64,000 nucleotides of DNA, from assembly GCA_001600695.1 (NCBI GenBank), contig BCKQ01000002.1:1674334-1738333 (forward strand). Direction: 5' to 3'. Position numbers and translations under genes: made by a program. The notes beneath the pieces were generated by a model, which was given only the letters and a program-made list of their open reading frames with translations, was not told the origin of the DNA and searched no databases. The stretch is from Ascoidea asiatica JCM 7603 (lineage: Eukaryota > Fungi > Ascomycota). Positions within the stretch are counted from its first letter, which is position 1. Each line of letters opens with the position of its first letter. Of the stretch, positions 59,251 to 64,000 are shown piece by piece.

Positions 59251-60130
59251 TTTATTTCCCTATAATATTATTGTTAAAAGAACCAAATATGAAAGAATCA
59301 AAGAATATTCATTCTTTTTAAATATTAATATAATAATATATCCTCATTATATTTCTGCTGAATGATAAATAAAAAAAAAGAAATTTATTATTGAGGGATA
59401 AATTATTAAAAAAAAAATCGAAAATTTCGACCTATGATTATGAAAATTAATAGAATAACTATAATATCGAACCATTATTTCAGGAATAATATATCCATCA
59501 GTGAATAATATGATTTATTCAGATCCTAGATAAAAGATAAAGACTACTTTATCTATTGATTAATTAAAATGTCTGCTATTCTAATTCCTATTTTAGATTT
59601 TAATCAAAGCGTATCCATTTCCATATTCAGAGATAATCAAAAAATTAAATAATCAAAAAGTGTAACGTTACCCCGGAAGTGTCATGTGACCTCTACACCC
59701 TGAACACCGTTATTTGAATGCTGAAAAGTACAGCTGTTTTTTTTTGATTGGGTATCAGGGTTTAAAACACCAGCCACGAATGGGTCACTGAAAGTTCATT
59801 GAAACACAAAACCAAACATTTTGATTTGAGGAGGCGTTCGAGTTCCGTAATTAAGAAAAAACCCTCAATTTTATTCACTGTATAAAAAAGTCCTAAGCTG
59901 CATAAGACTATTTGCATACCGAGACTCACTTTACTGTACAGTGTTTAGGTACTATTTTACAAGTTCCATGATTTTGGTCTTTGAAATTCAAAAAGAAGGA
60001 ATTTTACAATAAGAAGTTATAGGCTTTTATTCTAGACAAGGAAACAAGAACAAAGAAAAAGAAGCATTAAATAATGTTATTGTAAAATATATTTATATAA
60101 ATTGAATAAAAGAAATATTTGATTTTTTTA

Positions 60131-61240
60131 TTAAAAATCGGATAATTCATGACCAAAATTTAAAGAATTAGATTTTTTATATAAAGTAACTGAAGCCGCA
60201 ACATCCATAATACTCATTCCTACTAATTTACTTAAAATAATTTTTGGATAACCAAAATATTCAATTAAATTTTTATTAATATTATTTGATGAATAAATTT
60301 CACCAATTTCAATTAATTGATTTGGTAAAACTTTAGAAGATATTAATTCACCAGATTCTTTTAAACAAAATTCTTTACTATCAACAATAATTTTATTTAA
60401 TTTTGAATTTTGAATATTATATTTAATTAAATCTTTATCACATTCTAACATATAAGGTTTATATGAACCAATTAAACCAATATATCTTATTGGAGAATTT
60501 TTTTCATAATTTATCATTTTATTTAAAATTATTGGTTTTATTGAAGGTGTACAACCAAATATAAATAAACTTTCATTAATCATTTTAGAAATATTATTAA
60601 AATTATTTATAATATCTAAAATTTCACAATTAAATATAATTTCAATATTATTATTAATTTTATTTAAATCTTTTGATAAATTTATAATAAATTTTTTTGA
60701 ATTATCTAAATTTCTATTAATTATATTAATTTTATTAAAAAAACCAGGATATAATTTTATTAATAAAAAAATATGCCAATAACTTTGTAAACCAACACCA
60801 AAAGAAGTTATAGATCTTAATTCATTATTAATTTTAATATTATATTCAATCATATTATTAAATAATCTTTGAATAATTATTGAATTACTTAAAGCAGTTC
60901 TAAAAGCTGTTAAAACTCTTGCATTTATTAAACAATTTAAATTACCATTAATTGAATCAATTACAAGATTAATACCATTAAAACCATGTTTTGAACCTGT
61001 TAAAATTTTTATACCTAAATTTGTTTTATTTAATTTACTTGGCATAAATAAATATGTACTATCACCAGTTTTTAAATCATTTGGTCTTTTTTCTTCCATT
61101 ATTATACGTTTGGGTATCATTGATTTATCTTTTGAATAATCAATTAATGAATCAATTAAACATTTTTGAAAATCTTTTAAATCTGATTGTGATATAGATT
61201 TAAGATAATCATCAACAAGTTTATCACTAATTACTTTCAT
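60131..61240 (-). CDS. Ornithine cyclodeaminase/mu-crystallin (ketimine reductase) family, YGL159W-like
   Basis: LFMPS, GIKIL, INARVLTAFRTAL, FGVGLQSYWH, IGSYKPYMLE, ESGELI, VGMSIMDV. Likely start MKVISD at 61240; an in-frame ATG at 61309 adds 23 aa. Confidence 0.85.
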   Translation of the reverse strand: MKVISDKLVDDYLKSISQSDLKDFQKCLIDSLIDYSKDKSMIPKRIIMEEKRPNDLKTGDSTYLFMPSKLNKTNLGIKILTGSKHGFNGINLVIDSINGNLNCLINARVLTAFRTALSNSIIIQRLFNNMIEYNIKINNELRSITSFGVGLQSYWHIFLLIKLYPGFFNKINIINRNLDNSKKFIINLSKDLNKINNNIEIIFNCEILDIINNFNNISKMINESLFIFGCTPSIKPIILNKMINYEKNSPIRYIGLIGSYKPYMLECDKDLIKYNIQNSKLNKIIVDSKEFCLKESGELISSKVLPNQLIEIGEIYSSNNINKNLIEYFGYPKIILSKLVGMSIMDVAASVTLYKKSNSLNFGHELSDF

Positions 61241-61587
61241 TATTTTAATAATAAAAAGTAATTGTTTCTTCAGTTGAATATAAATATAATTTATGAATTT
61301 TATATTCATAAATAATTGTAATCTTGTTACAGTTCAGTTACTCTTTGACTTAAATCACCCATTGAAGAAACAAGGTCCGGAAAAAGAAGGTTCATTGGTT
61401 CGAATTAGTCGATCCATCAGACCCACACCACTGGGTTTCTGGAATTGAAGAACTACGAGGCTCGGTGACACTAAAGAGGAAATAACAATTGTATGTGGCG
61501 CATGCACACAAAAATGTGTTTTAAAAGAAGAAGAATAAAGTGAGGTGATTGATTGTATTTAACATGTTTGAATAACTAACTGAGAAA

Positions 61588-62706
61588 TCACCCAAGAGTT
61601 ATGTACTTGGTTAAGTTCTTTGGAATGCATTCCAACAATCCTTTGGATTCTAACCATTTCTTAGAAAAAAGTCTATCTGAATATTTATGAGCAGAATCTG
61701 CTAAGATTGTAACAACATTGGATCCTTCTGGTAATTTTAAAGCAAGTTTTACAGCTCCTACAACATTTAATGCTGATGTACCTCCTATAAACAATCCTTC
61801 ATTATCTAATAATCTATAAAGCATAATAATAGATTCTGAATCTGGAATTTTTAATGCATCATCAATTATTTCAATATCTTGTTTTAAATTATTTGTTATT
61901 CTACCTTGTCCAATACCTTCTGTAAATGATGATCCTGAATTATCTAAAGATTTTCCATTTGATTTAATATATGAATAAATACATGATCCAGGTGGATCTG
62001 CAATATAAATTTTAGTTTTACCATTTGAAATTTCTTTAAGATATCTTGAAATACCTGCAAATGTACCTCCAGTACCTGTTGAACATGTAAATCCATCAAC
62101 TTTACCATTTAATTGTGCCCATATTTCAGGTCCTGTAGTTTCAATATGTGCTTGTCTATTTGATAAATTATCAAATTGATTTGTCCAAACTGAATTTTTT
62201 AAAGATTCTGCATGCCTTTTAGCTTGATGATTATAATTCATTGGATTTGAATATGGTACAACTGGAACTGGATTAACTTCAGCTCCTAATAATTTTAATA
62301 AACTTATTTTTGATGGTGATTGAGTATTTGGCATATAAATTATACATTTATATCCTTTAGATCTACAAACATGTGCTAATCCAATACCTGTATTTCCTGC
62401 AGTTCCTTCAATAATTGTACCTCCATTTTTTATTAATCCTTTTTTCTCAGCATCTTCAATTATAAATTTTGCTGCTCTATCTTTTACTGATCCTCCTGGA
62501 TTCATATATTCTGCTTTTGCATAAATATTTCTACCTAATTCTTTTGAAAGATTTTTTAATCTAATTAATGGAGTATTTCCAATAGCTTCAACAAAATCTT
62601 TTGCAACTAATGGAACAAATGGAGGTCTAATATCTCTATTAGATATAAATCTACGACATATAATTCTTGAAGATTTTTGAAACATAATTGAATTTTTAAT
62701 CATCAT
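61588..62706 (-). CDS. Cysteine synthase (O-acyl-serine sulfhydrylase, Cys11/CysB type) with a mitochondrial-type presequence
   Basis: [20 protein letters not shown] (PLP lysine), [29 protein letters not shown]; no CBS regulatory domains. Confidence 0.92.
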   Translation of the reverse strand: MMIKNSIMFQKSSRIICRRFISNRDIRPPFVPLVAKDFVEAIGNTPLIRLKNLSKELGRNIYAKAEYMNPGGSVKDRAAKFIIEDAEKKGLIKNGGTIIEGTAGNTGIGLAHVCRSKGYKCIIYMPNTQSPSKISLLKLLGAEVNPVPVVPYSNPMNYNHQAKRHAESLKNSVWTNQFDNLSNRQAHIETTGPEIWAQLNGKVDGFTCSTGTGGTFAGISRYLKEISNGKTKIYIADPPGSCIYSYIKSNGKSLDNSGSSFTEGIGQGRITNNLKQDIEIIDDALKIPDSESIIMLYRLLDNEGLFIGGTSALNVVGAVKLALKLPEGSNVVTILADSAHKYSDRLFSKKWLESKGLLECIPKNLTKYITLG

Positions 62707-63009
62707 GGAAAAATAAAAAAAAAAATACTTTTCAATTCGAAATTCTTATCCAATTTCATTTAACATCATTAAATTTATAATCTTTTAAAAAAAATCCATT
62801 TTATTTTATTTAATCCTTCAAAAAATCAGTGATTGGCTATTTGAAATGCATTTCACATCCAACATTCATCGAAAATTACACCTTAAATTTTTTTTTTTTA
62901 TTGCAACTTTCAAGATTATTCGCTTTTAAGTTATTAAAGAAAGAAATATTAAGTAAATATTTTAAAAAATATCACTTTAAAAAGATTATAAGTCAATTTA
63001 TTGAATATC

Positions 63010-63957
63010 ATGGATGCTTTAAGGAGTTATACTTCAGATTCAAATTCTGATAATGATTCAGATACAGATTCTACATATTCTGTCCATGTCTTAGAAAATA
63101 AAAATGAAATACAAAATTTAAAAACTCCTCCTTCCAGTTTATTAAAGGTGAATATGAATAATAATAGAACTACATTCTCAAAAGTTTTAGGAAAAGGAAT
63201 TAAAAATAATTTCAATGGCTCTGAAGTTTTAAATGAATATAATGGACAATCAATAGAAACAAATAAAACAATAACTTCATTTCTTCCAGTAGCAGTTACT
63301 AGAAAAACTTTGAATAAGTCAAATAATAACGCTAAGTCAAATAAAAGTAATAAAAGTAATAAAAGTAATAAAATTAATAAAGTAACAAAATTAAAAAACA
63401 TTAATAAAGATAAGGTCTCTAATCAAAATGTACAAAAAATTTTTAACTTTAATGAAAAAAATATCAAAAAAATTGAAAATATTAATTTAAATTTATTTTC
63501 TAGAATCAGAAATAATGAAAATACAAACAAAAATAATTTAAATAGTACAGAATATGAAATTAAATCTATTTTTTCAAATAAAGATATTTATACAATATAT
63601 AATGATAAAAAAACCAATAGCAATAATGATAATAATAATAATAATGAAGAAAAAAAAACCAGATTAAGTAAATACGAAGAGAAAATAAGGAAAAGAGAAG
63701 AAACTGAAATAAAAAAAGATTTAAAGAATTATGAAAATATGATTGAATTTAATATGGATGAATTTTATGCCAAAAACATGGAATTATCTAAAAAAGGTGA
63801 CTTAAATGAAAATTCTTCAATAAATTTGAATACAAAATTTAACGCAAATGGTAAAAATCAATTATCTTCACTTATAAAAGTAGCAAATGATAATATTGGT
63901 ATAATGGAAAAAAAATTTGAAAAAGAAAAATTAATGAAAGAAATTAAAAAAATTTAA
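63010..63957 (+). CDS. Hypothetical protein with a PRCC/Cwf20-like C-terminus
   Basis: First ATG at 63010 (MDALRSYTSDS, a YxSD-type start). C-terminal FNMDEFYAKN...GKNQLSSLIKVA...MEKKF resembles the fungal PRCC motif. Confidence 0.55.
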   Translation: MDALRSYTSDSNSDNDSDTDSTYSVHVLENKNEIQNLKTPPSSLLKVNMNNNRTTFSKVLGKGIKNNFNGSEVLNEYNGQSIETNKTITSFLPVAVTRKTLNKSNNNAKSNKSNKSNKSNKINKVTKLKNINKDKVSNQNVQKIFNFNEKNIKKIENINLNLFSRIRNNENTNKNNLNSTEYEIKSIFSNKDIYTIYNDKKTNSNNDNNNNNEEKKTRLSKYEEKIRKREETEIKKDLKNYENMIEFNMDEFYAKNMELSKKGDLNENSSINLNTKFNANGKNQLSSLIKVANDNIGIMEKKFEKEKLMKEIKKI

Positions 63958-64000
63958 ATCCAAAATTTAAAATCCAATTACTTCTTTTTGAAAAAAGAAA

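Noticed and set aside
61397-61406. tRNA from the B-box-like GGTTCGAATT
   Set aside because: No T-stem closure, A-box or cloverleaf; at most an isolated TFIIIC site.

Overview
Eukaryotic, very AT-rich budding-yeast (Saccharomycotina) chromosomal DNA. The composition and poly-Asn expansions resemble Ascoidea-like yeasts, which is an inference only. I can support 21 protein-coding genes: RAP1, HEM4, TRS130, a 3-exon Srp1/Slr1-type RRM-RGG gene missed by the ORF track, an acidic protein that is probably ESC1, a mitochondrial carrier, RSM27, GPI1, RDI1, PUF3, TSC2, RSM28, NBA1/NIS1, an Ofi1/MtfA/Loz1-type C2H2 factor, DCP2, a Mn-type CDF transporter, MRPL37, DAO1, an OCD/mu-crystallin (YGL159W-like) gene, a cysteine synthase and a PRCC-like ORF. 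I recognised no tRNA, rRNA, transposon or CRISPR. The strongest leads are: (1) weak productive and competing stop-generating splice sites in the SR-like gene, a candidate autoregulatory AS-NMD switch; (2) a tandem DAO1 plus ketimine-reductase-family pair next to cysteine synthase, a candidate D-to-L imino-acid conversion cluster; (3) a synteny- and motif-supported divergent ESC1; (4) an unannotated three-hairpin element at about 39.6-39.8 kb; (5) Puf3 elements in all three mitoribosomal 3'UTRs and in PUF3's own 3'UTR; (6) an 8.5-kb gene desert upstream of the C2H2 factor; (7) GC/CpG-island-like promoters inside hyper-AT domains. All homology calls come from recalled motifs; no searches were run.
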